Shown here piece after piece: positions 1-9,394 of a stretch of 64,000 bases of DNA. The notes under the pieces were generated by a model. The model was not told the DNA's origin. It saw only the letters and a program-made list of their open reading frames with translations, and ran no database searches. The stretch comes from Propionibacteriaceae bacterium (GTDB taxonomy: Bacteria; Actinomycetota; Actinomycetes; Propionibacteriales; Propionibacteriaceae): contig JAISAO010000053.1 of NCBI GenBank assembly GCA_031266665.1, positions 4,377 through 68,376 of the forward strand. Reading direction: 5' to 3'. Position numbers and translations under genes: made by a program. The first letter of the stretch is position 1, and each line of letters opens with the position of its first letter.

Positions 1-785
1 CAATACTCCAGCGCCCGCTCCCAGTCGGCCCCCCGGGGGGCGTGAGGGCGGCCCTTGAGGTATGCCCAGGTGGTCTCGTCCGGGGCCACCAGCCCGGCCC
101 GGGCGCCCCATTCGATTGACATATTGCAGATCGTCATCCGGCCCTCCATCGACAGGTTGGCGATGGTGTCGCCGCGATACTCGACCACATGGCCGGCGCC
201 GCCGCCGGTGCCGACCCGGGCGATCAGGGCCAGCACGATGTCCTTGGCCGTGACATCGGCCGGCGGCCGGCCGGTGACGGTGACGGCGAATTGGCGCGGC
301 GGCTCCTGGGGCAGGGTCTGGCTGGCCAAGACGTGCTCCACCTCGGAGGTGCCGATGCCGAAGGCCAGGGCGCCGAAGGCCCCGTGGGTGGCGGTGTGGG
401 AGTCGCCGCAGACGATCGTCATGCCCGGCTGGGTCAAACCGAGCTGGGGGCCGATGATGTGGACCACGCCCTGGTCCGGATCGCCCAGCGAGTGCAGCGG
501 GACGCCGAACTGGGCGGCGTTGCGGCGCAGGGTGTCGATCTGGAGGCGGGACACCGGATCGGCGATGGGGCCGGTGATGTCGAGGGTGGGGGTGTTGTGG
601 TCCTCGGTGGCCAGAGTCAAGTCGGGCCGGCGCACCCGGCGGGAGGCCAGGCGCAGACCGTCGAAGGCCTGGGGGGAGGTGACCTCGTGCAGCAGGTGGA
701 GGTCGATGTAGAGCAGGTCCGGCTCTCCCGGGGCGCGGCGGACGACGTGGTCGTCCCAGATCTTCTGGCTCAGCGTTCTTGCCAT
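1..785 (-). CDS. leuC: 3-isopropylmalate dehydratase large subunit (partial; C-terminal part lies left of the window)
   Basis: Absent from the ORF track because there is no stop in the window. The reverse complement from ATG (785-783) reads [44 protein letters not shown]...[31 protein letters not shown]...[15 protein letters not shown], the canonical LeuC N-terminus and aconitase-family motifs. A divergent IclR-type regulator is the usual actinobacterial arrangement. Confidence 0.9.
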   Translation of the reverse strand, partial: MARTLSQKIWDDHVVRRAPGEPDLLYIDLHLLHEVTSPQAFDGLRLASRRVRRPDLTLATEDHNTPTLDITGPIADPVSRLQIDTLRRNAAQFGVPLHSLGDPDQGVVHIIGPQLGLTQPGMTIVCGDSHTATHGAFGALAFGIGTSEVEHVLASQTLPQEPPRQFAVTVTGRPPADVTAKDIVLALIARVGTGGGAGHVVEYRGDTIANLSMEGRMTICNMSIEWGARAGLVAPDETTWAYLKGRPHAPRGADWERALEY

Positions 786-831
786 GGCTCACCTCAGGTC
801 AGGCATCGGATCGTCCCGCCCGCAGGCGCGA

Positions 832-867
832 CTTGCTTCTCAAAATGCAAGATTATAGTATCACGAT
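832..867 (+). promoter_or_regulatory. candidate operator plus -10 element in the leuC / IclR divergent spacer
   Basis: AT-rich patch in a GC-rich spacer. Inverted repeat CTTGC-N10-GCAAG (832-851) is followed by TATAGT (854-859), only 8 nt before the ATG at 868. This geometry fits a leaderless or near-leaderless mRNA. Sequence-only inference. Confidence 0.35.
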
Positions 868-1611
868 ATGGACAACACATCCGGGGTAGGGGTGCTGGAC
901 AAAGCCGCCCTGGTCTTGACGGCGCTGGAGAACGGCCCCTTGAGCCTGACCGGGCTGGTCTCCGCCACCGGCCTGTCCCGGCCCACCGCCCACCGCCTGG
1001 CCACCGCCCTGGAGTACCACCGCCTGGTCGGCCGCAATCTCAACGGCAGTTTCATCTTGGGGCCACGGCTGGTGGAGCTGGCCCAGGTGGCCGACGAGGA
1101 CCGCCTGCTGACCGCCGCCGGGCCGATCCTGACCCGGTTGCGCGACATCACCGGCGAGTCGGCCCAGTTATTCCGCCGCCAGGGCGACGTCCGGATCTGC
1201 GTGGCCGTGGCCGAGCGCCCGGCCGGGCTGCGCGACACCGTGCCGGTCGGCTCCCAGCTGACCATGAACGCCGGCTCCGCCGCCCAGGTGCTACTGGCCT
1301 GGGACGAGGCCGACCGCATCCAGCGCGGCCTCAAGCGGGCCGTCTTCTCGGCCGCCTCCCTGGCCGCCGTCCAGCGCCAGGGCTGGGCCCAGTCGGTGGC
1401 CGAGCGGGAGGCCGGCGTGGCCTCGATCTCGGCCCCCGTCCGCTCCCCCGCCGGCAAGGTCATCGCCGCCGTCTCGGTGTCGGGGCCGATCGAACGCTTG
1501 ACCCGCCAGCCCGGACGCCTCCACGCCCCGGCCGTGGTGGCCGCCGCCGAGCGCCTGTCGGAGCTGTTGCGCCGCAGTGCCGGCGACCCGGAGTCGCCCG
1601 AGACGCCCTGA
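868..1611 (+). CDS. IclR-family transcriptional regulator (LtbR-like position next to leuC)
   Basis: 247-aa ORF. N-terminal winged HTH (LSLTGLVSATGLSRPTAHRLATALE) plus an IclR-type effector domain. Third-position G/C bias supports this frame. Divergent from leuC. Confidence 0.85.
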   Translation: MDNTSGVGVLDKAALVLTALENGPLSLTGLVSATGLSRPTAHRLATALEYHRLVGRNLNGSFILGPRLVELAQVADEDRLLTAAGPILTRLRDITGESAQLFRRQGDVRICVAVAERPAGLRDTVPVGSQLTMNAGSAAQVLLAWDEADRIQRGLKRAVFSAASLAAVQRQGWAQSVAEREAGVASISAPVRSPAGKVIAAVSVSGPIERLTRQPGRLHAPAVVAAAERLSELLRRSAGDPESPETP

Positions 1612-1620
1612 GCGCCCGGG

Positions 1621-1661
1621 GCCGGCCGAGATCCCGGATCAAGTCCGGTCTGACGGCCGGC
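1621..1661 (+). terminator. compound GC-rich hairpin after the IclR-family gene
   Basis: Outer stem GCCGGCCG (1621-1628) / CGGCCGGC (1654-1661) encloses an inner CCGGA-TCAAG-TCCGG hairpin (1634-1648). It lies about 10 nt after the stop. No U-tract. Confidence 0.4.
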
Positions 1662-1822
1662 GACGACTGATGACGATCGGCGAGTCCTGCGGGCTAGACC
1701 TCTGGATCGGGGCTAGACCACCTTAGTGATCAGAACTACGACGAATGAGCCGAGTGTCACCTCGGGGTCCCCGCGAAGTACCGCACCGGAGCGCAGCGGA
1801 GGGAGGACACTTCGTGGGGCGA

Positions 1823-1985
1823 CTAGATGGTTAATTCCAAGGGCTGGGCGATGGATTCACGCTCAGACGGCGGGCCGGCAAGGAAGAGGAGGGAGGCGAT
1901 GTGTGGCATCGCCGACCGACGAGGACGCCGCCGGCGCGTCGTCTGGGCGTGAGGACGAGCCCATGGCTTGGAATTAACCATCTAG
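1823..1985. repeat. MITE-like structured repeat, copy A (divergent subfamily)
   Basis: Perfect 19-bp terminal inverted repeats CTAGATGGTTAATTCCAAG (1823-1841) / CTTGGAATTAACCATCTAG (1967-1985). The interior shares GGGCGATG, a purine tract, a 7-bp/5-nt central hairpin (1895-1913) and CGCCGACCGACGA..ACGCCGCC.GCG with copies at 9395-9560 and 44609-44785. The right terminal CTAG contains the TAG stop of the GT4 gene. Confidence 0.75.
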
Positions 1986-3271
1986 ACCTCGGGATCGTCG
2001 CTGACGGCTTGGTGGCGGGCCGCCACCTCGGCGTAGAGGTCGGCCAGGGCCTTGGTCTGGGCCAGCTCGCCCTGGCCGGCGGCCAGGCTGCGGGAACGGG
2101 CGCCCAGTTCGGCTCGCAGCGCCGGGTCCGCCAGCAGACGGGCCGTCTGGCGGGCGAAGTCGTCGGCCTCGTCGCGGGCCGCCAGGCCGTTGCCCCCGGG
2201 GATGAAGCAGCCGCTCAATTCGGTGTCGATCAGCACCATGGGCAGGCCGGCGTGGGCGGCCTCGTTCAAGACCAGCCCCTGGGTGTCGGTCAAGGAGGGG
2301 AAGACGAAGACGTCGGCCGCCTGGTAGGCCTGGCCCAGTTCCTCACGGGGCAGGCGGCCGGCGAAGACGATGGCCTGGGCCGCCTCGGACTGGGCGGCGG
2401 CCTTCTCCAGGGCCGACCGGTGGTCGAAGTCGCCCACCAGCACCAGCTTGGCCTGGGGCCGCAGTCGGAGCAGCGGGGCGGCCATGGCGATCAGCAGGTC
2501 GAGGTTCTTCTCCTGGGCCAGCCGCCCGGCGTACAGGGCCACCTCGTCGTCCGGGGCCAGGCCGAGGCGCTGGCGGAAGGCCTGGACGGTGGCCGCGTCC
2601 ACCACTGGCAGGGGGTCCACCCCGGTCGGGATCAGGCGCAGGTCCAAGTCGGTCTGGAACTGCTCGGCCAGTTGGGCCAGTTGGCGGCTCGACTTGGGCG
2701 ACAGGGTGACGACGGCGTCGCAGTTGCCGTACAACATGGTGATGAAGGAGCCGACGGCCTCGCGCGTCCACGACGACGGCGCCCGCGACCCGGGGGCATA
2801 GTTCTTCAGCAGTTGGCGTTTCTGGGCCGGGGTCAGCTTCAGGGCCAGCGACACCAAGACCGTGAACAAGGGCACTGAGGCGCTCAGGGCGTTGTAGCTG
2901 CGGGAGTACTCGTAGACGTCGGTGGTGTGCTGGGCCACCAGCGGCAGGCCGGTCTTGCGCGCCGCCCAGGCCGACATCAGGCCCAACTGGCCCGGCGTCA
3001 GACAGGTCAGCAGGTCCAACTCCAGGGCCTCGATCTGGCGCAGCAGACGGGGCGGGAAGAACAGGCTGAGCTGGGACTCGCTGAAGCCCACCCCGGTGAT
3101 GGCCGGCACCCGGACGAGGTGGTCGTCCTCGTCTTGGGCGTGGCGCTCGCCCGGGGCGAAGACGTGGACGTCGTGGCCCAGTTCGGTCAGACGACGGCGC
3201 ATGATGTCGATCGAGTAGACAATGCCGTTGCTGGCCGGGCGGTAGCTGTCGGTGAAAAGGCCGATTCTCAT
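1982..3271 (-). CDS. glycosyltransferase family 4 (GT-B fold)
   Basis: ORF 1982..3349, start trimmed to ATG 3271 (MRIGLFTDSYRPASNGIVYSI..., a typical GT4 N-terminus). C-terminal FVFPSLTDTQGLVLNEAAHAGLPMV motif. Confidence 0.85.
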   Translation of the reverse strand: MRIGLFTDSYRPASNGIVYSIDIMRRRLTELGHDVHVFAPGERHAQDEDDHLVRVPAITGVGFSESQLSLFFPPRLLRQIEALELDLLTCLTPGQLGLMSAWAARKTGLPLVAQHTTDVYEYSRSYNALSASVPLFTVLVSLALKLTPAQKRQLLKNYAPGSRAPSSWTREAVGSFITMLYGNCDAVVTLSPKSSRQLAQLAEQFQTDLDLRLIPTGVDPLPVVDAATVQAFRQRLGLAPDDEVALYAGRLAQEKNLDLLIAMAAPLLRLRPQAKLVLVGDFDHRSALEKAAAQSEAAQAIVFAGRLPREELGQAYQAADVFVFPSLTDTQGLVLNEAAHAGLPMVLIDTELSGCFIPGGNGLAARDEADDFARQTARLLADPALRAELGARSRSLAAGQGELAQTKALADLYAEVAARHQAVSDDPEV

Positions 3272-3490
3272 AGTTTGACGCCTGGTCGTATCATGGGACC
3301 AAGCCTGGCGCGACATCGGTCCCGGAGATATAGGGGACTCGCCTGACAATACCCTGCCCCATCCCTGTCCTGGGTCGGACTCTCCGCGGCGGGCTCGGCC
3401 CAGATCGAAGGCCCAGATCGAAGGCCCAGCTCCGATCGGTCTCGGCCCCGATCCGCCGCTGAGGCCGCTCGGCGGTCGGGCAGCGGTGAA

Positions 3491-5476
3491 TCAGGGCTCG
3501 GGCCGGAGCGGCTCGCCCAGGCGCAGGCTGGAGCCCGGGATGGCCTCCAGCAGGCGGCGGGTGTAGTCCTGGCGGGGGTGCTGGAAGATGTCTTCGACGG
3601 CCCCCGACTCGACCACTCGGCCCTGCTCCATGACGTAAACCCGGTCGGCCGTCTGGCGCACCACCGCCAGGTCGTGGGTGATGAACAGATAGGTCAGCTC
3701 CAGGTCGCGCTGCAACTCGGCCAACAACTCCAAGACCTGGGCCTGGACCAACACGTCGAGGGCTGAGACGGCCTCGTCCAAGACCACCAGCTTCGGCTCC
3801 AGGGCCAAGGCCCGGGCCAGGGCCACCCGTTGGCGCTGGCCGCCGGACAGCTCGTTGGGGTAGCGTCGCATGGTCGAGGCCGGCAGCGCCACCCGGTCCA
3901 GCAGTTGGCGCACCCGGTCGGCCCGCCACTTAGGGTCACCCAGGCCGTGGGTGCGCAGTGGCTCCTCCAGGATGCGGAAGATGGACCACATCGGGTCGAG
4001 CGAGCCGTAGGGGTCCTGGAAGACCGGCTGGACCTGGCGGCGGAAGGCGAAACGTTCCGCCTTGGACCGCCGGGCGATGTTCTGGCCCTCGAACTCGACT
4101 TGGCCGGAAGTCGGCTCCAGCAGGTCCAAGACCAGGTTGGCGACGGTCGACTTGCCCGAGCCGGACTCGCCCACCAGGGCCGCCGTGGTGCCGGCCGGGA
4201 CGTCGAAGCTGACCCGGTCGACAGCCGTGAACAAGCTGTGGGAGCCCGGGCGGGCGCCGCGCAGGCGGAAGACCTTGGTCAACTCGGTCACCCGCAGTAG
4301 CGGCCTCCGGCCCCCGTCGGCCGCTGGCTCGCCGGCCTGGGACTGGTGGCCCTGGGACTGGTGGTCGGCCCGGTCGCGGTTGGAGACGGTGATGACGCCG
4401 CCCGCCCCGGGGGCTACGGCCGAGCCCAGGCGGCGCGAGGACAGGGAGGGGGCGGCCTCGACCAGCCGTTGGGTGTAGGGGTGGCGGGGGTCGGTCAAGA
4501 TGTCGAGCGACGGCCCGGCCTCGACCACCCGCCCCTTGTACATCACCACCAGTTGTTGCGCCCGCTCGGCCGCCAGACCGAGGTCGTGGGTGATGAAGAG
4601 CAGGGCCGTGCCCAGCTCCCGGGTGAGCGTGCCCAGGTGGTTCAGGATCTGGCGTTGCACCGTGACGTCGAGGGCCGAGGTCGGCTCGTCCGCGATCAAC
4701 AACTGGGGGCGGGCCGCCAGGGCCATGGCGATCAGCACCCGCTGGCGCATGCCGCCGGAGAACTCGTGCGGGAATTGCCGCGCCCGCCGGGCGGCGTCCG
4801 GCAGCCCGGCCTCGGCCAGCAGCCCGGCCACCCGGTCATTGGCGCTGGCCCCGTCGACGTGGGCGGCGGCCAATTGGGCGGCGTCTTCCAGCCCCAATCC
4901 CTGGAGCAGGGACTGGACCTCGATCCGAGTGCTGAAGCCGATCACCAGATCGCGGCCCACCTGGTCGTTGAATAGCCCCCGCCGGGTCAGCTCAGCTATC
5001 AGGGCCTCCCGACCGGCGGACGACAGGTAGAGCCGGCCGGCCGGGGTGTCGGGGATGTCTTCGCCCACCAACTCGGTCAAGGCCTTGTAGGTCGAGCGTT
5101 TGGGATCGACGCCGTTGGCCCTCAGGGCCTCCTTGACCTGGCGGCCGATGCGGTAGACCGGGTTGAGATTGGACATCGGGTCCTGGGGCACCAGCCCGAT
5201 CTTGGCCCCGCGCAACTCCACGAAGGTCCGCTCCGAGGCGCCGACCAACTCTTGGCCCTCGAACTTGATCGACCCGGCCGTCACTTGGCCCGTCCCCGGC
5301 AGCAGATTGATGATGGCGTGGGCGGTGGTCGACTTGCCCGAGCCGGACTCGCCCACGATGGCCAGGCTGCAACCGGCCTCCAGGTCGAGGCTGACGCCGC
5401 GGACGGCGCTGACCGTGGCCTGGCGCGAGGCGAAGACGATCTCCAGGTCGCGCAGGCTCAACAACGGCTCGCCCAC
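3491..5476 (-). CDS. peptide (Dpp/Opp-type) ABC transporter, fused double ATP-binding protein
   Basis: 661 aa with a GTG start. Two Walker A motifs (GESGSGKST twice) and two signature motifs (FSGGMRQR, LSGGQRQR), joined by a His/Gln-rich linker. Last gene of a 4-gene operon. Confidence 0.9.
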   Translation of the reverse strand: MGEPLLSLRDLEIVFASRQATVSAVRGVSLDLEAGCSLAIVGESGSGKSTTAHAIINLLPGTGQVTAGSIKFEGQELVGASERTFVELRGAKIGLVPQDPMSNLNPVYRIGRQVKEALRANGVDPKRSTYKALTELVGEDIPDTPAGRLYLSSAGREALIAELTRRGLFNDQVGRDLVIGFSTRIEVQSLLQGLGLEDAAQLAAAHVDGASANDRVAGLLAEAGLPDAARRARQFPHEFSGGMRQRVLIAMALAARPQLLIADEPTSALDVTVQRQILNHLGTLTRELGTALLFITHDLGLAAERAQQLVVMYKGRVVEAGPSLDILTDPRHPYTQRLVEAAPSLSSRRLGSAVAPGAGGVITVSNRDRADHQSQGHQSQAGEPAADGGRRPLLRVTELTKVFRLRGARPGSHSLFTAVDRVSFDVPAGTTAALVGESGSGKSTVANLVLDLLEPTSGQVEFEGQNIARRSKAERFAFRRQVQPVFQDPYGSLDPMWSIFRILEEPLRTHGLGDPKWRADRVRQLLDRVALPASTMRRYPNELSGGQRQRVALARALALEPKLVVLDEAVSALDVLVQAQVLELLAELQRDLELTYLFITHDLAVVRQTADRVYVMEQGRVVESGAVEDIFQHPRQDYTRRLLEAIPGSSLRLGEPLRPEP

Positions 5477-5477
5477 C

Positions 5478-6560
5478 TCAGCGCCTCGCCTTCGGGTCGA
5501 GGGCGTCGCGCACGGCGTCGCCCAGCATGATGAAGGCCAGCACGGTCAGGGCCAGGGCCGCGCTGGGCCACAGCAGTTGTTCCGGGTGGGTGCGGATGAG
5601 GCCCTGGGCGGCCGAGATTTGCGACCCCCAGCTATGCATCGTCAGGGGCAGGCCGAGTCCCAGGAAGGACAAGGTGGCCTCCAACACGATGTAGGTCCCC
5701 AAGGAGACGGTGGCGGTCACGATCATGGGGGCGGCGGCGTTGGGCAGGACGTGGCTGACCAAGATGCGGCGGTTGGACACGCCCAGGGCCCGGGCGGCCG
5801 TGACGAAGTCGGCGTTCTTGACCGCCAGCACGGCGCCACGGGTGATACGGGCCATCTGGGGCCAGGCGAAGGCCGCGATCACCAGCACCACCATGACGAC
5901 GCCGGAGCGGTCCTTCTGCGAGTTCAAGAAGACCAGCGCCGCCAGCACCGTCGGGATGGCGTAGAAGATGTCGCCCAGTCGGGACAAGATGGCGTCCAGC
6001 CAGCCGCCGCGCCAGCCGGCCAGCGCCCCCACGGTCCCGCCCAGCAGCAAAACGGTCAACATGGTCAAGGCGCCGACTAGGACGGAGGGGCGGGCGCCGT
6101 GGATGATGCGGGTGTAGATGTCGCAGCCCTGCTGGTCGAAGCCCAGCGGGTGGCCGGCGGACGGGCCGCCGAAACGACTGGCCAAGAAACAACCAGAATT
6201 GGGGTCGCCGCTGGCGAACAGGCCGGGGAAGCAGGTCACCGCCACGACGATCAAGATCATGACGGCGGCGACGATGAAGCTGGGCCGGCGGACCAGTTTG
6301 CGGCCGGCCTCCCGCCACAGGCTGGCCGGTGGCACCGACTCGTCCAAGGCGTCGATCTGGCCCAGGCCGGACTCGTCCATCGGGGCCAGGAAGCGCCCCC
6401 CCCCACCGGGGACGGGGCCGACTGGGACGGCGCCCCCGGGGATGGCGGCGGCCTCCGGGACGGCAGGCCCGGGGCTGACCGCTGGCGGGGCGGCGGCCCG
6501 GTCGGCCGGCGGGGGGACTGGTTCCCGGCTGGCCGATGGTGGTGGGGCGGGGTCAGACAA
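5478..6560 (-). CDS. peptide ABC transporter permease (DppC/OppC-like) with Pro-rich N-terminal extension
   Basis: 360 aa. The C-terminal 280 aa form a typical BPD-transport permease (IAAFAWPQMARITRGAVLAVKNADFVTAARALG). The start overlaps the stop of the upstream permease. Confidence 0.85.
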   Translation of the reverse strand: MSDPAPPPSASREPVPPPADRAAAPPAVSPGPAVPEAAAIPGGAVPVGPVPGGGGRFLAPMDESGLGQIDALDESVPPASLWREAGRKLVRRPSFIVAAVMILIVVAVTCFPGLFASGDPNSGCFLASRFGGPSAGHPLGFDQQGCDIYTRIIHGARPSVLVGALTMLTVLLLGGTVGALAGWRGGWLDAILSRLGDIFYAIPTVLAALVFLNSQKDRSGVVMVVLVIAAFAWPQMARITRGAVLAVKNADFVTAARALGVSNRRILVSHVLPNAAAPMIVTATVSLGTYIVLEATLSFLGLGLPLTMHSWGSQISAAQGLIRTHPEQLLWPSAALALTVLAFIMLGDAVRDALDPKARR

Positions 6561-7479
6561 GGCGGATCCTCGGGTCCAAGGCGGCGTAGAGCAGGTCGAC
6601 GATCAAGCTGGTGAGCATGAAGACCAGCACCAGGATGGTCACCAACGAGACCACCGTCGGCCCCTGGCCACGAATGATGGCCTGGAAGAGCTTGTTGCCC
6701 ACGCCGGGGATGTTGAAGATGCCCTCGGTGACGATGGCGCCGCCCATCAGGGCGCCCAGGTCGACCCCCAGGAAGGTCACCACCGGGATGAGGGAGTTGC
6801 GCAGGATGTGGCGGCGGACGACTTGGCCGGCGCCCAGCCCCTTGGCCCGGGCGGTGCGCACGAAATCGGCCTGGGCGTTCTCCGCCACCGACGTCCGGGT
6901 CAGGCGCAGGACGTAGGCGATCGAGACCGAGGCCAAGACGAAGGCCGGCATCAACAAGGAGCGCAGGGAGACGTCGGCCCCGACCGTCACCGGCAGCCAC
7001 TTCAACTTGACCCCCACCACGGCCTGCAGCAGGAAGCCCATGACGAAGGTCGGGACGGCGATCAGAAGCAAGGACAAGACCAGCGCCGTGGAGTCGAACC
7101 AGCGGCCCCGGCGCAGCCCGGCGACGGCCCCCAGGACGACGCCCAGGACGGCCTCCAGGACCAAGGCCATGAGAGCCAGTCTGACCGTCGTGGGATAGAC
7201 CTGGGCGATCTCGTCGATCACCGGGCGGCCGGAGAAACTAGTGCCGAAGTCGCCCTGGAAGATGCCGCCCAGCCAGATCAGGTACTGATTGATGAAAGGC
7301 TGGTCGAGATGGTACTGCTGACGGATTTGGGCGGCCACGTTGGGGTTGACCGCCCGCTCGCCGAACATCGCCTGGATCGGGTCGCCGGGGACCAGGAAGA
7401 CCATGGCGTAGACCAGCAGGGTGGCCCCGATGAAAACTGGCACCATCTGCAAGACTCGCTTGCCGATATACCAGCCCAT
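6553..7479 (-). CDS. peptide ABC transporter permease (DppB/OppB-like)
   Basis: ORF 6553..7548 trimmed to ATG 7479 (MGWYIGKRVLQMVPVFIGATLLVY), preceded by GGAGAA 6 nt upstream. EAA-type loop VLRLTRTSVAENAQADFVRTARAKG. Confidence 0.85.
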   Translation of the reverse strand: MGWYIGKRVLQMVPVFIGATLLVYAMVFLVPGDPIQAMFGERAVNPNVAAQIRQQYHLDQPFINQYLIWLGGIFQGDFGTSFSGRPVIDEIAQVYPTTVRLALMALVLEAVLGVVLGAVAGLRRGRWFDSTALVLSLLLIAVPTFVMGFLLQAVVGVKLKWLPVTVGADVSLRSLLMPAFVLASVSIAYVLRLTRTSVAENAQADFVRTARAKGLGAGQVVRRHILRNSLIPVVTFLGVDLGALMGGAIVTEGIFNIPGVGNKLFQAIIRGQGPTVVSLVTILVLVFMLTSLIVDLLYAALDPRIRLV

Positions 7480-7605
7480 ATCCCGTTCTCCGATTTCTCC
7501 GCGCCGCGCCGCCCGCCCGCCAAGGCGGGCGAAGTGTGACCTCACCATAGACCATCGGCCGCCGTCCCCTGACCAGGGATCGGCGGCCGATGGCGGGGTG
7601 GTCGC

Positions 7606-9240
7606 TCAGGCGGCCTTCTCGATCAGATAGGCGATCGGGACGGTGTCCCAGCCGAACAAAACATTGCTGACATTGGTCGACTTGGCACCAATGATGTTCT
7701 GATACCACAACGGGATGGCCGGCAGGTCGCGCAACAGGATCTCCTGCGCCTTATTGAACTGGACGGCGGCGTCGGCCATATCGGTCTCCGACAATCCGGC
7801 CGCCAACTCGGCGTCGAACTGGGGGTTCTTGTAGTCGCCGTCGTTGGAGCCCTGGCCGTCGGCCGCGGCCGAGCTGTACAGCGGGGCCAGGTAGTTGTAG
7901 ATCGACGGGTAGTCGGCCTGCCAACCGGTGCGGAAGGCGCTCTGGATGGTGCGGTCGGTGATGACCGTGCGCGAGGCCTGGAAGGTGGGATAGGGATCGG
8001 GCGCGGTCTCGATGCCAAGGGTGTTATGGATCGAGTTGAGGACCGCCTGGACCCATTCGGCGTGGGGGCCGTCGGCGTTGTAGGCGATCTTGAACTGGCC
8101 GGTCCAAGGCGAGATGGCGTCGGCCGCGGCCCACAGCCGCTGGGCCTCGGTCGGGTCGTAGCCCAGTATGGCGTTGCCCGGGATGGAGTCGGACCAGCCC
8201 GGCATCAGCGGGCTGGAAAACTCTTTGGCCGGGGTGCGGGAGCCGGCGAAAACGGTGTCGCAGATCTCTTGGCGGTTGATGGCCAAGGACAGGGCCTGAC
8301 GGCGCAGCGCGCCCTCGTCCCCGTCGAAGTGCTCCAAGCGGCTGGGGATGGTGAAGGACTGGAACAAGGAGCCGGTCTCATTGACCGCCCGGTCCCCCAG
8401 CTCGGCCACGAAGCTCTCCATGAAGTCGTTCGGGATCTGGTCCAACACGTCCAGGTTGTCGGCCAGGATGTCATTGTAGGCCGCCTTGTTGTCTTGGTAG
8501 AAGACATAGGTGACGCCGACGTTCTTGGGCTGGCGGTCGCCGGTGTACTTGTCGTTCGGCACCAGTTCGATCTGGACGTCGTGCTGCCAGGCGTCGTCCG
8601 AGGCCAACTTGTAGGGGCCGTTGCCGATCGGATTCTGGCCGTAGGCGGCGATGTCGTCGAAGGCCGACTTGGGCAGGGGGGAGTAGGCCGAGTAGCCCAA
8701 CTGGATGACGGCGTTGGGGTCGGGCGCGACCAGGGTGATGGTGAAGGTGGTCTCGTCCACCACTTCCAGGCCGGACAAGGTGTCGGCCGTGCCGTCCTGA
8801 ACATCCTCGTAGCCCTCGATGATGCTGAACCAAGAGGCGTTGAGTTGCGCGTTGGCCGGGTTGGCGGCCCAGTTCCAGGCGTCCACGAAAGCGGCGGCGT
8901 CGACCGGCTCGTCGTTGGAGAAGACCTGTCCGGCCTTCAGCTTGGCGGTCCAGACCTGGTCGTCGTCGGAGGTGACCGACTCGGCCATGTCCATCTTGGT
9001 CTCGCCGTCGGCGGTGTAGTAGACCAGCCTGGCGAACAGGTTATCGATGATACGGCCGCCGCCGACCTCATTGGTCGAAGTCGGGATGAGCGGGTTCTGC
9101 GGCTCGGTGCCGTTCATCAGCACCGGCGAGCCGGTCGGGGCGTCGCCCCCGTCCGTTCCACCCTGGGAGCAAGCGCCCAGAGAGAGGGCCACGGCCAGGG
9201 CCGCCGCCATCATGGCGGCGCCTTTGCGGCGGAATGTCAT
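7606..9240 (-). CDS. ABC transporter substrate-binding lipoprotein, family 5 (peptide/nickel type)
   Basis: ORF 7606..9258 trimmed to ATG 9240, with AAAGGA 7 nt upstream. Signal peptide with lipobox LSLGAC. Family-5 SBP-like length and composition. First gene of the operon. Confidence 0.85.
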   Translation of the reverse strand: MTFRRKGAAMMAAALAVALSLGACSQGGTDGGDAPTGSPVLMNGTEPQNPLIPTSTNEVGGGRIIDNLFARLVYYTADGETKMDMAESVTSDDDQVWTAKLKAGQVFSNDEPVDAAAFVDAWNWAANPANAQLNASWFSIIEGYEDVQDGTADTLSGLEVVDETTFTITLVAPDPNAVIQLGYSAYSPLPKSAFDDIAAYGQNPIGNGPYKLASDDAWQHDVQIELVPNDKYTGDRQPKNVGVTYVFYQDNKAAYNDILADNLDVLDQIPNDFMESFVAELGDRAVNETGSLFQSFTIPSRLEHFDGDEGALRRQALSLAINRQEICDTVFAGSRTPAKEFSSPLMPGWSDSIPGNAILGYDPTEAQRLWAAADAISPWTGQFKIAYNADGPHAEWVQAVLNSIHNTLGIETAPDPYPTFQASRTVITDRTIQSAFRTGWQADYPSIYNYLAPLYSSAAADGQGSNDGDYKNPQFDAELAAGLSETDMADAAVQFNKAQEILLRDLPAIPLWYQNIIGAKSTNVSNVLFGWDTVPIAYLIEKAA

Positions 9241-9286
9241 GAGTCGTCCTTTCGTCAAAAGAGAGAACGCGCCAGACCGTCAGCCG

Positions 9287-9302
9287 GTGGACGCGCGTCC
9301 AC
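9287..9302. promoter_or_regulatory. perfect 16-bp palindrome upstream of the peptide ABC operon
   Basis: GTGGACGCGCGTCCAC, flanked on both sides by CGTCAGC, about 50 nt upstream of the SBP start codon on the minus strand. Candidate operator or 5'-UTR hairpin. Confidence 0.3.
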
Positions 9303-9394
9303 GTCAGCGAGAGGACAGCCTAGACGACTCTGGCCGGCCGTCCGGCCCAGATCGGCCGGCTCGCAATCCAATCGTTATACCGCAGCCTGCGCGG

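Noticed and set aside
189-1670. 493-aa plus-strand ORF (and 55..711) spanning the leuC and IclR region.
   Set aside because: The translation is Arg/Gly/Ala/Pro-rich. It runs antisense or out of frame to a clear LeuC frame and then to the IclR frame. This is a typical shadow ORF of G+C-rich DNA.
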